In this document: in pieces, positions 47,756-58,600 of the stretch
Position numbering within the stretch: the first letter of the stretch is position 1
Layout: each line of letters begins with the position of its first letter
From: Chthoniobacteraceae bacterium
GTDB lineage: Bacteria; Verrucomicrobiota; Verrucomicrobiia; Chthoniobacterales; Chthoniobacteraceae
DNA: 64,000 bases
Assembly (NCBI GenBank): GCA_037190965.1
Contig: JBBCKI010000049.1
Location: 1 to 64,000 of the forward strand
Direction of reading: 5' to 3'
Position numbers and translations under genes: made by a program
The notes under the pieces: generated by a model
Told to the model about the DNA's origin: nothing
The model's input: only the letters and a program-made list of their open reading frames with translations
The model's database searches: none

Positions 47756-50700
47756 TCAGTTAGTAAGCTCTTTCATGAAAACAACCCGGTACTTGTGGGG
47801 CAGCGGGTAAGTCATCGTCGGTGGAACGCCGGAACCGGTCCCCTTATCGAGATAGCGTTCCACCAGGAACTGCATCCGCGACTCGCCGACGATGAAATCG
47901 CTCGCCTCGACCTGATTGTAATTGGTGTTGCTCGGTTTCTTCTTCACTGTCTGGCCCACCGCCCACACCGTGAACGTATTGCTCCGCGTGGTCGTGTTCC
48001 CCACAACCCGCCGGACAAGGTCATTGCGCGACTGCGCCGAAGCGTCAACCCCCTTGTAAAGAAAGTCGGCCACCTCCGGAACGTTGCAGATCTCGCCCGG
48101 CATCATGAGCGGCCGGTTCAGGCCGGAAATATATTGATGAATGGCCGCCGCAATCGCCGCCTCATCGACGGATGTCGTTCCCGGATTGTCGGACTTTTCC
48201 GTGGAGACTTCCTGGCCCTTCAACAACCCCTCCATCGGCCTCGTGCGCGCGATTGAACCCGTAGGAAGCACCGGCGGGTTCGGGTTGACGCGGCCCGAGG
48301 TCGCTCCATCAAAGGTCAGGTTGACATAAGGAGGAGCGGGACTACCCAGCGGCTGCAACGTCGCGGGCACTGTAAAGAGATCGAGCATCGCCCAATCCGG
48401 ATAGCTAACTCCTCCATCGGTCTTTTGGCTGGAATGCGTCGAAGGGGCAAAGTTGAGCATCCGGAACGGAGTCCCCTTCTGCTCCGCCAGAGGCTTGCTG
48501 TCGTAGGTCTTGTCGGGCATCATCCCCGTGCGGATATATTGAAGATATCCTGCCGATGGAAACCGCTGATTTTTCGGGATGGTGGCATCCTGCTGAGGCC
48601 ACCAGATTGAGAGCGGATCGGCGCCATTTGACGCCTGGGAAGCGGTATTCCGCCCCCCGGTCTCATCCTTATAATACGTTGGTGCCGCCCCAACGGTGGC
48701 AGGGGGAGAAGGACGCGTCATCGTGATCTCCGAACCTCCGACTTTGGCAATCCAATCCCCCGGCATGCTGTTGACCCAAGGATCGGCAACCTGAAAGTGC
48801 ACGGTCACGCTGCCCGGAACCGGCACGACAAGCCCCTTGGGCATCGGAATTACCGCCTGGAGAAGTTCCCCCTTGATGTCGCTGATCGACTCTCCCGTAT
48901 AGAATGGCCCCCGAATGCTGTCCAAAGGCACGGGCTCGATGTTGTAGCCTTTATCCGGGCCCGTGCCCCTCGTTGCCCAGACGGTAAGTCCCCCGGAAAT
49001 CCGGAACTCCGTAACACCGGGTTTGGAGGGATAGAAGGACGTCGAATACTGATTGGTCTGGCAGTGATACTCCCCCAAACCCCAGAGCGGGTTCGCCGTG
49101 GAATTCACCAGGTTCCAGCACATCTTGAACGGCGAAGCAGGACTGCCCGACAGGGGACCCGCACCCATATATTTTCCCGCGTTAGAGCCCGTGGTTTGCA
49201 GGGTCCAGGGGTGATAGGCAGCCGCCTTTACCTGATCGGGATCGGGGCTATTCTTAGGATTTCCGAAAAGGTCAACCCCCGCGGGCGTATCGTTCTGGTC
49301 CTGAATCACCAAAAGGTTGTCCATCCAATAGCCGCCAAGCGGGGCCTCTTTGATCTCCCAGGTACCGGTGCCTGAATTTTTCTCCAGCGGGACATCCATA
49401 TAGTTCAGATGAGAATTGGTCGATTCGGCTCCGAATCGAAACAGGCCGGCTCCGCCATTTTCATAAGGGTCCGCGAGCGGATATCCTTTGTATTCCTTGG
49501 GAAAATACCATTCCGCGTCGATCCGGATACTGATCTGCGCCGCCTCGATTCCGGGTTTCGGGGAAAAAGGGGCGGCGGTGAATTCGACAACAATTTCAGT
49601 GAGCCGAGGCCCCCTGGCCAAGCCCCTCACCGGCTTGCCGCTCAGCCATCCCTTGCCTAGAACCATGGGAAGCGTCGTCGCCCGGTACTGGTCGCCAAAA
49701 GTGCCCCGCTTCATCAACGAGAGGATCTGCAACGCGATGGAATCGATCTGGCGGTCGGTGTACTTACCCGCAAATCCATTGGAGCCGGCGCCCGGAAAAA
49801 CCGGCCATGCGAGGGCGTTGCCCTGGCTGTCGAATCCCTTCAGGTACTGGCAAATCCGATACCCGAGGTCGTAATCCGTATCGCCCGCCTTAAAGTTCTG
49901 GTTATCCAGTCCCCTCTGAAAAGTAAACGTCTGCGGCAGCGGGGCGTTTGTTTTATCGAACTTCGGCAGTTGGGAGCTTGCGGGGTAAACCTGCGCCAGC
50001 GGAAGGCCCTTCGGTTCCCCGGGAGGGACCCCGACGCCCTTGTAGTCATAGTCACCTAGAGCCGCGTTGTAGATAATTCCATCCGAAGTCCCCGTCCTCA
50101 CCGTCGCCAGATAGATCTTCGGCTCGCCGAAGAAATTCAGTTCCGGCGAACGATTGTAGTGAGTGACGGCGAAATTATTGTCGTCGTAGAGCGAAGTCGC
50201 CGCCCCCGGCAGTTGAAGCAGTTCCCCGGGGCTGTTGAACTGCCGGGGTTCGGAAACCGCCGGGTCGTAGTGGATTCGGGTGCGGGAGGCGATCGCCTTT
50301 GCCAGTGTGGCTGAAATCGCGGACGCACCCTCTCTCAGGACTTCGAGACTGACGTCGGCGGGAGTGCCGCTGCCATATGAGTCCGGGGTCGATTTGTCGG
50401 TCCCATTGGCGGTATTGACGTTGATCTTGGCCGTCTCATCGTCCACCCAAAATGCATAGCGTCCGACCACTTTGTTTGTGGCGCTGGCTGCCGCAGACGG
50501 CGTTTCCAGCACATTGTTCCACTGCACCGCCATCTGGGGGGCGCTTCCGCCGACCGACTGGCCGGAGGCAATCGGATATCTCCCTCCGAAGGAGATCTGG
50601 TTGAGATCCACCGTCGTCGCTCCGACATTGGTGCTGGTGGTATACAGAATCCGGCTCGAACTCGTATCGACACTCCCGTCGGAAGCATTGAAAACGGTGA

Positions 50701-50956
50701 TCTTCCCCGGCTGGGACGACCAGAACTTGCCATTGGCGCTCCCATTCTCCGTCGCCTCCCGGATCAGCCCGATGGCATGATCGGCGGCCATTTCGGCAAA
50801 GGAACGAGCCTGCAACGACTCGAAGTTGTTGCGGGCGGATGCGCGTTCCAACCGCATCACCGCGACAAATCCCACCGCAAGAATAGTGACGATGACTAGC
50901 ACGGCGAGCGTGATGATCAGGGCCACGCCTTTTCTGGGAGTCGGAAGCGGTTTCAT
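47756..50956 (-). CDS. Verru_Chthon cassette protein A (large PilX/GspK-like pilin)
   Basis: RKG|VALIITL (no Glu5), W.SQPG, GRYAFWVDDETAKINVNTA, DWAMLDLF, TTRSNTFTVW, FLVERYLD. ATG 50956 overlaps the stop of C. Confidence 0.9.
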   Translation of the reverse strand: MKPLPTPRKGVALIITLAVLVIVTILAVGFVAVMRLERASARNNFESLQARSFAEMAADHAIGLIREATENGSANGKFWSSQPGKITVFNASDGSVDTSSSRILYTTSTNVGATTVDLNQISFGGRYPIASGQSVGGSAPQMAVQWNNVLETPSAAASATNKVVGRYAFWVDDETAKINVNTANGTDKSTPDSYGSGTPADVSLEVLREGASAISATLAKAIASRTRIHYDPAVSEPRQFNSPGELLQLPGAATSLYDDNNFAVTHYNRSPELNFFGEPKIYLATVRTGTSDGIIYNAALGDYDYKGVGVPPGEPKGLPLAQVYPASSQLPKFDKTNAPLPQTFTFQRGLDNQNFKAGDTDYDLGYRICQYLKGFDSQGNALAWPVFPGAGSNGFAGKYTDRQIDSIALQILSLMKRGTFGDQYRATTLPMVLGKGWLSGKPVRGLARGPRLTEIVVEFTAAPFSPKPGIEAAQISIRIDAEWYFPKEYKGYPLADPYENGGAGLFRFGAESTNSHLNYMDVPLEKNSGTGTWEIKEAPLGGYWMDNLLVIQDQNDTPAGVDLFGNPKNSPDPDQVKAAAYHPWTLQTTGSNAGKYMGAGPLSGSPASPFKMCWNLVNSTANPLWGLGEYHCQTNQYSTSFYPSKPGVTEFRISGGLTVWATRGTGPDKGYNIEPVPLDSIRGPFYTGESISDIKGELLQAVIPMPKGLVVPVPGSVTVHFQVADPWVNSMPGDWIAKVGGSEITMTRPSPPATVGAAPTYYKDETGGRNTASQASNGADPLSIWWPQQDATIPKNQRFPSAGYLQYIRTGMMPDKTYDSKPLAEQKGTPFRMLNFAPSTHSSQKTDGGVSYPDWAMLDLFTVPATLQPLGSPAPPYVNLTFDGATSGRVNPNPPVLPTGSIARTRPMEGLLKGQEVSTEKSDNPGTTSVDEAAIAAAIHQYISGLNRPLMMPGEICNVPEVADFLYKGVDASAQSRNDLVRRVVGNTTTRSNTFTVWAVGQTVKKKPSNTNYNQVEASDFIVGESRMQFLVERYLDKGTGSGVPPTMTYPLPHKYRVVFMKELTN

Positions 50957-51909
50957 GGGACGGAGGTTTGCAGATAAACTTTCGTGGAATAGCACTGAGC
51001 TCCTCGCCTGATTCCTTCGGGAAGGCCCGAGATGAAACTCTGGATATCCTGGTAAAATGTCTCGGGACCGGCGGCCGAAGCGACGATGGGAGCGGCAATC
51101 TGCTGGGCCGCGGCGGTTTCGATGGTGACCAACGCGATCTCCACAACGGGGGGTAACGCCGGCGCGGAGTGGATGATGCCGTTCGAATCGGTGAAGCCGA
51201 GCCTCGAATCGAACCCATACCCACCGTTGATCTTCTGGCCTCCAGCCGTTGTGGTGATCGGGTTGCCGCTCGCATCGAGCACACGGACCCAAAGAGCGAT
51301 CACGTTATCGGCGAACCATCCCTTGTAATTCCCGGGGGAACCGGGAGCGACGGTCGAAATGTTTGAAAGCCAGTTCACCGGCTTTCCTGAATCATTCTCA
51401 TAAATCAGATAGTTGGCGGCGTCGGTGGAATCAACATAGTACCGGCAGAGTTCGGGTTGGGCCACGCCCGGCTTTGGGCTGTTCCAGCGCACGAAATAGC
51501 CGACGCAAGCGATATCCCCCTTCCCTCCCTCCCGGCCCGTGGGCGCCTGCCAGAAGATGCCGTGCGGATTGAGCAACCCCGTGGGAACAACCGTGTCTCC
51601 GCCCGAATTTTCCGGGAGGTTGGCGATCATCTGAAGATTGGCGGGCGCGACCGTTGCCCCGGCGGAAATTAGTTGTGAAGAACCGGCCGGTACTGCCGAC
51701 ATTCGTAATTCGCGGGCAATGAACTGCAGGAGCGCGCGGCCGTTGGAACGCCGCTGGTTCTGGCTGTCGCCTTCACGCCATAGCCTTCCGGTCTGGCTGC
51801 TTAGGCTCACCAGCATCACCATGAGGCCGACGAGTGTCGCCATCGAAACCAGCAGCTCCACGAGTGTGAACCCGCGACCCGCGATTATTCTTGAACGATA
51901 TCTATTCAC
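50953..51909 (-). CDS. Verru_Chthon cassette protein C (PilW/GspJ-like prepilin)
   Basis: RG|FTLVELLVSM, HGIFWQAP, VGYFV, ADNVIAL, LPPVVEIALVTI. Confidence 0.88.
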   Translation of the reverse strand: MNRYRSRIIAGRGFTLVELLVSMATLVGLMVMLVSLSSQTGRLWREGDSQNQRRSNGRALLQFIARELRMSAVPAGSSQLISAGATVAPANLQMIANLPENSGGDTVVPTGLLNPHGIFWQAPTGREGGKGDIACVGYFVRWNSPKPGVAQPELCRYYVDSTDAANYLIYENDSGKPVNWLSNISTVAPGSPGNYKGWFADNVIALWVRVLDASGNPITTTAGGQKINGGYGFDSRLGFTDSNGIIHSAPALPPVVEIALVTIETAAAQQIAAPIVASAAGPETFYQDIQSFISGLPEGIRRGAQCYSTKVYLQTSVP

Positions 51910-52381
51910 GGTTTGAAAGACTAAGCTGGACCGTACGCTTCTGCCGGTTGGCTTCGGGAGCGGCGAGAGGCCACGAAATCTGGAGCTTCAAAAAGAGGAC
52001 GTTCGACGCAGGCAGCGCAGCCGGAGAGGAGCGGATCACCGTACAGGCGTACAGGGTGTTGGCATCCGCGGTTCCCGCCCCATTGGCCGAGCCCGCCCCC
52101 GTGGCGTCGTAATAGAAATCAGGAGTCGTGTTTGCGGGGGCGTAATTGGTGTTGGCGTTGACCTTCGTGAACCCTTCCATCCGGAGCGATGTCGAGACGT
52201 GCTGGACTATCAGGCCGACGGCGATGTCGTCGGCGGATTCCCGGTTTGCTTTGATCCCCACGGACATGAGGCCGAGAATGGAGATCAACACGAAAGCGAC
52301 GATGCCGACCGCCAGCACGACTTCGACAAGGCTGAACGCCTTGTCTTTCCGACGCAACTTGCGGTTCACCGGTGTTCTCAT
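51902..52381 (-). CDS. Verru_Chthon cassette protein B (PilV/GspI-like prepilin)
   Basis: KA|FSLVEVVLAVGIVAFVLISILGLM, YYDATG, ISWP. Confidence 0.88.
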   Translation of the reverse strand: MRTPVNRKLRRKDKAFSLVEVVLAVGIVAFVLISILGLMSVGIKANRESADDIAVGLIVQHVSTSLRMEGFTKVNANTNYAPANTTPDFYYDATGAGSANGAGTADANTLYACTVIRSSPAALPASNVLFLKLQISWPLAAPEANRQKRTVQLSLSNRE

Positions 52382-53025
52382 GGCCTCACGACTTTGACGC
52401 GTCCCGTCGCGTCGTTGATGATGATTTTCAAATAGTTGGCCCCGTTGCCAATGTAGGAAACACCCGAGCTCTCCGCGACCCCCGCAACCAGTTTCACCGA
52501 GCAGCCGGGGCTTTGATAGAGGCTCCCGCTCGGAAGAAAAACGAGGTAGCCGTAATCGGTTTTCGGGGCATAGGCCTTTGCCTTGTAGGTCAGCGATGGC
52601 AACGCCGGGGAGACGGCGGGAGTGGTTCCCGGCGAAAAGGCGCGGGGCAAGTTAACGTCGTAATCGGCATCGTCGAGCTTGGATACCACGCCGTTGGGAA
52701 GGAGTTCCCAGCTTGATACCGGCTTCCAGGTGGCGGCCGTGCTTCCGCTGGCGGGAATGTATTGCAACGAGATGAATACCCTGCCTGCGGCTTCCCCATT
52801 GGCCGAGAGCATCGCCACGGCCGTCGGTTGCCGTTTGAGGACGGCGTTCTCCCGGGCGGATTCCAGGAAGCCCGCGAGGCGGCTGCCGCCCGTCGAAATC
52901 GAAGCGGCCGACGTACTGCCGCCGATGCTCACCGTCACAACGCTGGCAATGACTCCGATGATCGCGATGACCATCAAGAGTTCCACCAAAGTGAATGCGC
53001 GATGAATGCGGAAGGAATGGTTCAT
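52378..53025 (-). CDS. Verru_Chthon cassette protein D (FimT/FimU/GspH-like prepilin)
   Basis: RA|FTLVELLMVIAII, LESARENA, FLPSGS, C-terminal IIINDATGRVKVVRP. Confidence 0.88.
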   Translation of the reverse strand: MNHSFRIHRAFTLVELLMVIAIIGVIASVVTVSIGGSTSAASISTGGSRLAGFLESARENAVLKRQPTAVAMLSANGEAAGRVFISLQYIPASGSTAATWKPVSSWELLPNGVVSKLDDADYDVNLPRAFSPGTTPAVSPALPSLTYKAKAYAPKTDYGYLVFLPSGSLYQSPGCSVKLVAGVAESSGVSYIGNGANYLKIIINDATGRVKVVRP

Positions 53026-54341
53026 GATTCTACCCTTTGATTGGCGGCTTTACCCAGCCACGGCCGAAGCAGCAGGAACAGCGAGAGCGCTGCGAGAGGA
53101 TGAAGGACCGCCGCAAGGCCAAACGCAGAGGAATACCCAAACGCGGCAATCGTGAAGCCGAGGAGTTGAGCGAAAAGCATTCCCCCCAGCCCTCCCGCAG
53201 TGCCCATCATCCCCATGACGGTGCCGGTCGCGGAACGATCTGAAAGATCGGCTGCCAGCGTGGCTATATTGGTCGCCCATGCCTGGCAAAGAAACGTAAT
53301 CAGGCAGGTGATCGCGATGGCGCCCGCTGTGCTCTGGATCGTCCCGACCAGCGCGCCGAAAGGTGCCAGCACCCCAACCATGGCCAGGACGGCGAACCGT
53401 GCGCGAGGGGTGGCCCAACCGCGACGGATCAGCGCGTCCGACATGGCGCCGCCCGCGATATTCCCCAAGTCGGCGAAAAGAAACGGAATCCAGCCGTAAA
53501 TACCGATCTCGACGAGGCTAAGATGGCGGATGCGCTGGAAATAGTCGGGAAGCCAGAATAGATAGAAGTACCAAACCGGATCGCTGGCAAACCGGGGCAA
53601 GACCAGCCCCCAGACTTTTCGTTGCCGCAAGAGCACCTTCCACGGCTGGCGCTCCCCTGCGGGCGCTTCCTCCGCAAGCATTGCCCGCTCCTCCTGCGTA
53701 AGCGCAGGATGCTTCTCGGGGCTGCGGTAAATCCAAAGCCACAAAGGCACCCAAACCAAGCCGATCAAACCCGGGAGGATAAACGCCACCCGCCATCCCC
53801 ATTTCAGCGCGAGCCAGGCTACCAATGGGGTGGCCACGATGGCGCCAATCGAAACACCCGAGGAGAATATCCCCGTCGCGAGGGCTCGCATGCGGCGGGG
53901 GAACCACTCTCCGCAAACTTTCAGCCCCGCCGGAAAAATTCCGGGCTCCCCGATCCCGAGCAAAAATCGGAACGCACCAAGGCTGAACGGCCCTCTCGCC
54001 ACGGCCGTCAACATGGTCGCCACAGACCACCAGAGAACGCAGGCCGTCGCCCCGAACCGGGCGCCGAACCGGTCAATCATCCGTCCCGACACGGTGTACA
54101 TCACCAGATACGACAGGAGAAAGGCCGAGACGATGTTGGAGTAGTCGGATTCACTCAAACCGAACTCCTCCCGCAAGATCGGGCTTAATACAGACAAGGT
54201 CTGCCGGTCGATGTAGTTGATGGCGGTAGCCAAAAACAAAAGCCCGACAATGACCCAGCGGACACGCCCATAGGTCATCCAACCTCTCTGCGAACCAGAC
54301 GGCTGGTCCTTCAATGCATCAACTGATTGGGGGGAGGACAT
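53022..54341 (-). CDS. MFS transporter (ExuT/hexuronate-like, ACS family)
   Basis: NYIDRQTLS, GRMIDRFG, RFLLGIGE, EWFP, DPVWYFYLFWLP; about 12 TM. Confidence 0.9.
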   Translation of the reverse strand: MSSPQSVDALKDQPSGSQRGWMTYGRVRWVIVGLLFLATAINYIDRQTLSVLSPILREEFGLSESDYSNIVSAFLLSYLVMYTVSGRMIDRFGARFGATACVLWWSVATMLTAVARGPFSLGAFRFLLGIGEPGIFPAGLKVCGEWFPRRMRALATGIFSSGVSIGAIVATPLVAWLALKWGWRVAFILPGLIGLVWVPLWLWIYRSPEKHPALTQEERAMLAEEAPAGERQPWKVLLRQRKVWGLVLPRFASDPVWYFYLFWLPDYFQRIRHLSLVEIGIYGWIPFLFADLGNIAGGAMSDALIRRGWATPRARFAVLAMVGVLAPFGALVGTIQSTAGAIAITCLITFLCQAWATNIATLAADLSDRSATGTVMGMMGTAGGLGGMLFAQLLGFTIAAFGYSSAFGLAAVLHPLAALSLFLLLRPWLGKAANQRVES

Positions 54342-54342
54342 G

Positions 54343-55644
54343 CTAAAGAACCTGGGCGGATTTCAAGCAAGGCGCAGAGACGATCGCCCCCTGCGATTGC
54401 AATATCTTCCTTAATTCGACGATGTCCAATACTCTCAACGAGATGCCTTTACGACTGGCGAGTGCAGCCGCCACCCCGGCCGCCTGACCCGTTGCCAACG
54501 AGGTCCCCGGCACACGAGTCGAGCCGTGCGCCCTGTGCGTCGTAGAGATCGGCTTGCCTGCGACAAGGAGCCCTTCCAACCCGGAAGGCAATAGACATCG
54601 GAAGGGAATTTCGTACGGTTCAGGCGGACTTTCTTTGTGAGGATGCACCCCGACGAATCCATTGCTGGGGTGGATATCGACAGGCCACGCGCCGACCGCG
54701 ATCGAATCGGCGAAGCTCTTCCGACTCCAGATATCTTCCTCAGTCAGCGTGTAGTCGCCGACGATCTTGCGACTTTCACGGATATGCACCTGCGAAGCTC
54801 CCGAAAGGATATAGCTTTGGGACAGCTCCGGAACCCGCCCGCGCAGAATCTGCCAGGTTTTTAGCATCCCTTCGCGGCCTTGAATCTCGGCGGCCGTGAT
54901 ATCCTCGGGGTTCACGGGATTGCCATAGAGCCGCGTCGTATTGGCGGAGATTTCACCATTGGCGAGGCGAATAATCCAGGGGCCGCCATAGATACCGATC
55001 TCACCCTCCTCATGGGCCCGCTTCATGGCTTTCCCGCAGATCTCCTCCCATTGGTCCCAGGTATGATCCCCCGCCACATTGCCGAGGCGGAAATGGTAGG
55101 TCATCGGCTGGAGGTCGGGGGCCACCTCGAAGGGAGCACCGGCGTAGTAAGCAATCTCGGCATCCCCCGTTCCATCAATCACCACGGAACCGTAAAACCG
55201 CGCCCGGCCATCCCGCAGGCTGGCTTCGACGCCGGTGACTCTCCCCTCGCTCGTCAGGGCGTTGCAAACCGTGGCGTAATAGACCACGGTCACGCCAACC
55301 CGCGCGAGCAGGCGGTCGATGGCGATTTTGTGCATCTCAGGATGAACCGTGAGTGCCTCCGGGGGATTATCCCCAACCGCCAGTCCGCCGATGTCGGCGA
55401 TCTCCGCAAGAAGATCCTGGGCGAAACCGCCCGCGACAATATCATCGTAGTTACTACAGCTTTTGATGGCGTCGAAGGTATGGATCATCGCCGCGGTCAT
55501 GATCCCTCCGCAGAATCCATACCGTTCCAGGAGCAGAGTCGAGGCTCCGGCCTTTGCCGCGCCGTAAGCCGCGGCTGTGCCCGCGCTCCCGCCGCCGCAA
55601 ACCACCACATCGTAACACTTTCCGTCAAGTTTACTTAACTTCAT
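54343..55644 (-). CDS. FAD-dependent oxidoreductase (FAD_oxidored family)
   Basis: DVVVCGGGSAG, IDGTGDA, RESRKIVG, YEIPFRCL, LLVAGK, GQAAG. Confidence 0.9.
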   Translation of the reverse strand: MKLSKLDGKCYDVVVCGGGSAGTAAAYGAAKAGASTLLLERYGFCGGIMTAAMIHTFDAIKSCSNYDDIVAGGFAQDLLAEIADIGGLAVGDNPPEALTVHPEMHKIAIDRLLARVGVTVVYYATVCNALTSEGRVTGVEASLRDGRARFYGSVVIDGTGDAEIAYYAGAPFEVAPDLQPMTYHFRLGNVAGDHTWDQWEEICGKAMKRAHEEGEIGIYGGPWIIRLANGEISANTTRLYGNPVNPEDITAAEIQGREGMLKTWQILRGRVPELSQSYILSGASQVHIRESRKIVGDYTLTEEDIWSRKSFADSIAVGAWPVDIHPSNGFVGVHPHKESPPEPYEIPFRCLLPSGLEGLLVAGKPISTTHRAHGSTRVPGTSLATGQAAGVAAALASRKGISLRVLDIVELRKILQSQGAIVSAPCLKSAQVL

Positions 55645-55645
55645 A

Positions 55646-58600
55646 TCAAAGAGGATTCAGATCATCGGCGGCCTTCACGGAGGCCTCATTTCCCGCGGCG
55701 GGTGTTGTCGCGGACGTCTCCGGAGAAACGCTCTGCCGGTTACCCGCCCAATCTTCCGCGAAGACCCGGTAGTAATAGGTTGTTTCAGCCTTCAGTCCGG
55801 TATCGCCATAGGTTTGAAGGAAGAACTTCGTCGGTTCCACGGTAGCGAGAAAATTCTCCTCGGAAGCTTCGACTCCCGGATTGAGGCTCCGATAAACATC
55901 ATAACGGGCGACATCGGGGTCCTGGCTCTTGAGCCAGTAGAGCTTCAATTCTGCGGATGGATAGCGAACCACTCCCAGGTCCTCGACAGGGCGCGGAGGA
56001 GTCGTATTCTTCCGGTCGGTACGAGCCTCCTTTCGCTGTGAAACCGGCCCTTGCTGGTTGAACGCGGAGAGAGGCGCGACATGATAGTAATACCGAGTAT
56101 CGATCTTCAGGTCATTGTCGATGAACTCCGGTGTCACCGTCCGGTTGATGGCGCTATAGGCCGTCGGCGGCGCGTCGGGATCCTCCGACCGGTAAACCTG
56201 GTAGGCGGCTGCCCCCGGCACTGCTTTCCAGTTCAACTCAACGACGCTATCGGAAACCGGCTTCGCCTGGAGCGACTCGATCGCGGAGAGCGCCTTGGCG
56301 GGCCCGGCAAAGCGGACAGTCGTGAACGAGAACGGCTCGACGGGCACCTTCACCTTTCCGTTAACAACCGGCAGCGGTTGGCCGTCGTTTTCGACGAGAT
56401 CGCAGAGGAAGGCTTTTTCCGCGGAGAAGGTCGAGAGATCGACAGTGATCTCGCCTTTTTTCCCTTCCGTCTCCACGAGGCGCGCCACCCATCCCCTGCC
56501 CGGCTGCGACGACGGTTTAAGAGTCGCCAGCTGGACGTTGGACGCGTCGGCGGAAAGAAAGCTCTTCGCGGTTTCAGGCAAATTCCCCTTCTGGCCTGGC
56601 GGCAACAAGCGGGCTTCGGCAGGGCTGGCAACCGACCAGCCGAACTGAGTCACCGCCCCTTGGTTCCAATCTCCCGGGTGGGAGGTGAACGAATACCCGA
56701 GCGTGGTGTTCCATTCATTGGGCCCCAACTCGATCAGGCCCGACATCCGGTTGGACCATGCATAGCTGTAGAGATACGGCTTCTGTGGCTTGTAATCGAT
56801 GGAGAACTGGTTGTAGCGGATCTCGCCGAAGTTGACCGTCGTCGCATTCCACGGAGCCATGGTGATTCCGTACTGGGGGTTGCTGACATCGACCCACCAG
56901 TTGACGTTGAGATAGTCATGTGAACCCCAGCGAAGCTGGTCGTCATAGGGACGCACTACACCCCCGGGATATTCCACCCTCGGGGTGAAACCCTCTACCG
57001 CAACCGGGAAGGCATAATAGAGGTTCTTCCGGTAGCGTTCACGGCGGTCACCATGCAAAGCCTTCACATGGCGAAGATCATTGACGATATCGATTCTCTT
57101 CAAACCGGCATAAAGAATGGCCCTTTGGGAAACGGCGGCTCCCGTGAGAGGATCTTCAATTTCCACCGTCATCTCCCCCTTGACCGCACCAGCGGAGGAA
57201 TTCAGCTTCGCCTTCGCCGTGAGAGGCGTTTGGCTCATTTCCTTGCTGTCGCGGGTTTTCGATTCAACCCAGATCATCTGGTTGAACTGATGTTTCGCCG
57301 CGGAATCAACCAGCTCGCGTTTCAGTTCCTTGTCGAAAACGCTAACGATGGTTCCCGTTTCACGGTCGAAGCGAAGGGTATAAAATTCGTTCGACAAAGT
57401 GTCGGACGTCGTGCTGACGGAAGCTTTTTCCGGAGCCACCGAAGTGCTCGAAGCCCCTTGTGGGACATAGACTTTGTACCCGTAGGCAGGGAGATCCCGG
57501 GCGACGAAGATCACCTTGTTGGGCCCGACCTTCTGGGTGGCAACGGTTTCCCCCGTCGCCTTGTCGGCGAGCGCCCGGAAGTCGCCTTCCACTTCAACCA
57601 GCCCCGTGCGCGAATGCAGTAGCGGATTGAAGACGGCAACCGCGCCGGTTGGCCCGGTGGGGATTTGTTTGAACAGCGCGGAGAGGCTGGAATCGGCTAG
57701 TTGCTCCGCCGCGTCGAGCGCGCGGCGTCCTTCCAGGTGCTTGACCCACTGCGCGTTGAAGAGGTGGTGCCCGATGGGAGGCGGCGAAGTCGGCCAGCTA
57801 TGTTCGGTGAAGTCGAAGAGCCGCGTGTAGGTCCGTTCAATCCCGTCGGCCGGTGGGTTGAAAGAAGGATCGAGCAGATTCGCCAGCGACGCCGCGCCTT
57901 CGGCAAGCGGAAGGAGACGGGAGGCCCGCCGTTTCCATCCCTGGGAGTTCGGGTCGATCGCCGCATAGTCTCCCGAGAAGTTGTTCAACTCTCCGCTGAG
58001 GAGCGGAAGTGTGTCGCTATATTTTCTTTCGACGTACTCGAAGAAATCATTAACCCCGGCGATTCGGATCTCCGGATACCGATAGAGGTTCTGCCAGCGG
58101 CGCAGCGCCCGGTTGTCCCATTTCGGCGTCTCATGATCTTCATAGGAAGGGACGATCATCGCGTCGTATGGGTACGGCCCAAGAAGCTCGCCCGACTCCA
58201 CCTTCTTCATCTCGGCGTTGATATGACGTTTGGCGAGGTGCGAGAGATCCGCGCCCCCGCCATCCGGCTCACCATACCAGAACCCTTCTCCATAATGCGA
58301 CCGCCAGGCATACAGAACGCGGCTCTTCCCATTGGGCCCCTGCCACCAAAAGAGGGCGGGAACTTTGGTCGTCTTGAAATTGTTGTTGCCGCCCGTCCGC
58401 CACGGCTGGCCCAGCCTCAGAATATAGCGGAATCCGGCATCGGCCGCCGCCTGGGCGGCGGACCATGAAACGCTCGGGTTGTCGACGAGAATGAACGTCT
58501 TGAGATCGAGACCGAAACGATCCTTCGCTTCCCGACGCCCCGGATAGGTCATCCGCGCCATTTCTTCGTAATCCATCCATTGCGGGTGAATTCCGCTCGG

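Noticed and set aside
50957..51292. N-terminal extension of cassette protein A, suggesting a frameshift or fusion with C
   Set aside because: The prepilin-like leader begins at ATG 50956, overlapping the stop of C (ATGA), so no frameshift is needed.
47756..53025. Calling the cassette a complete type II secretion / type IV pilus system
   Set aside because: No ATPase, platform protein, secretin or prepilin peptidase is in the window; the machinery must be encoded elsewhere.
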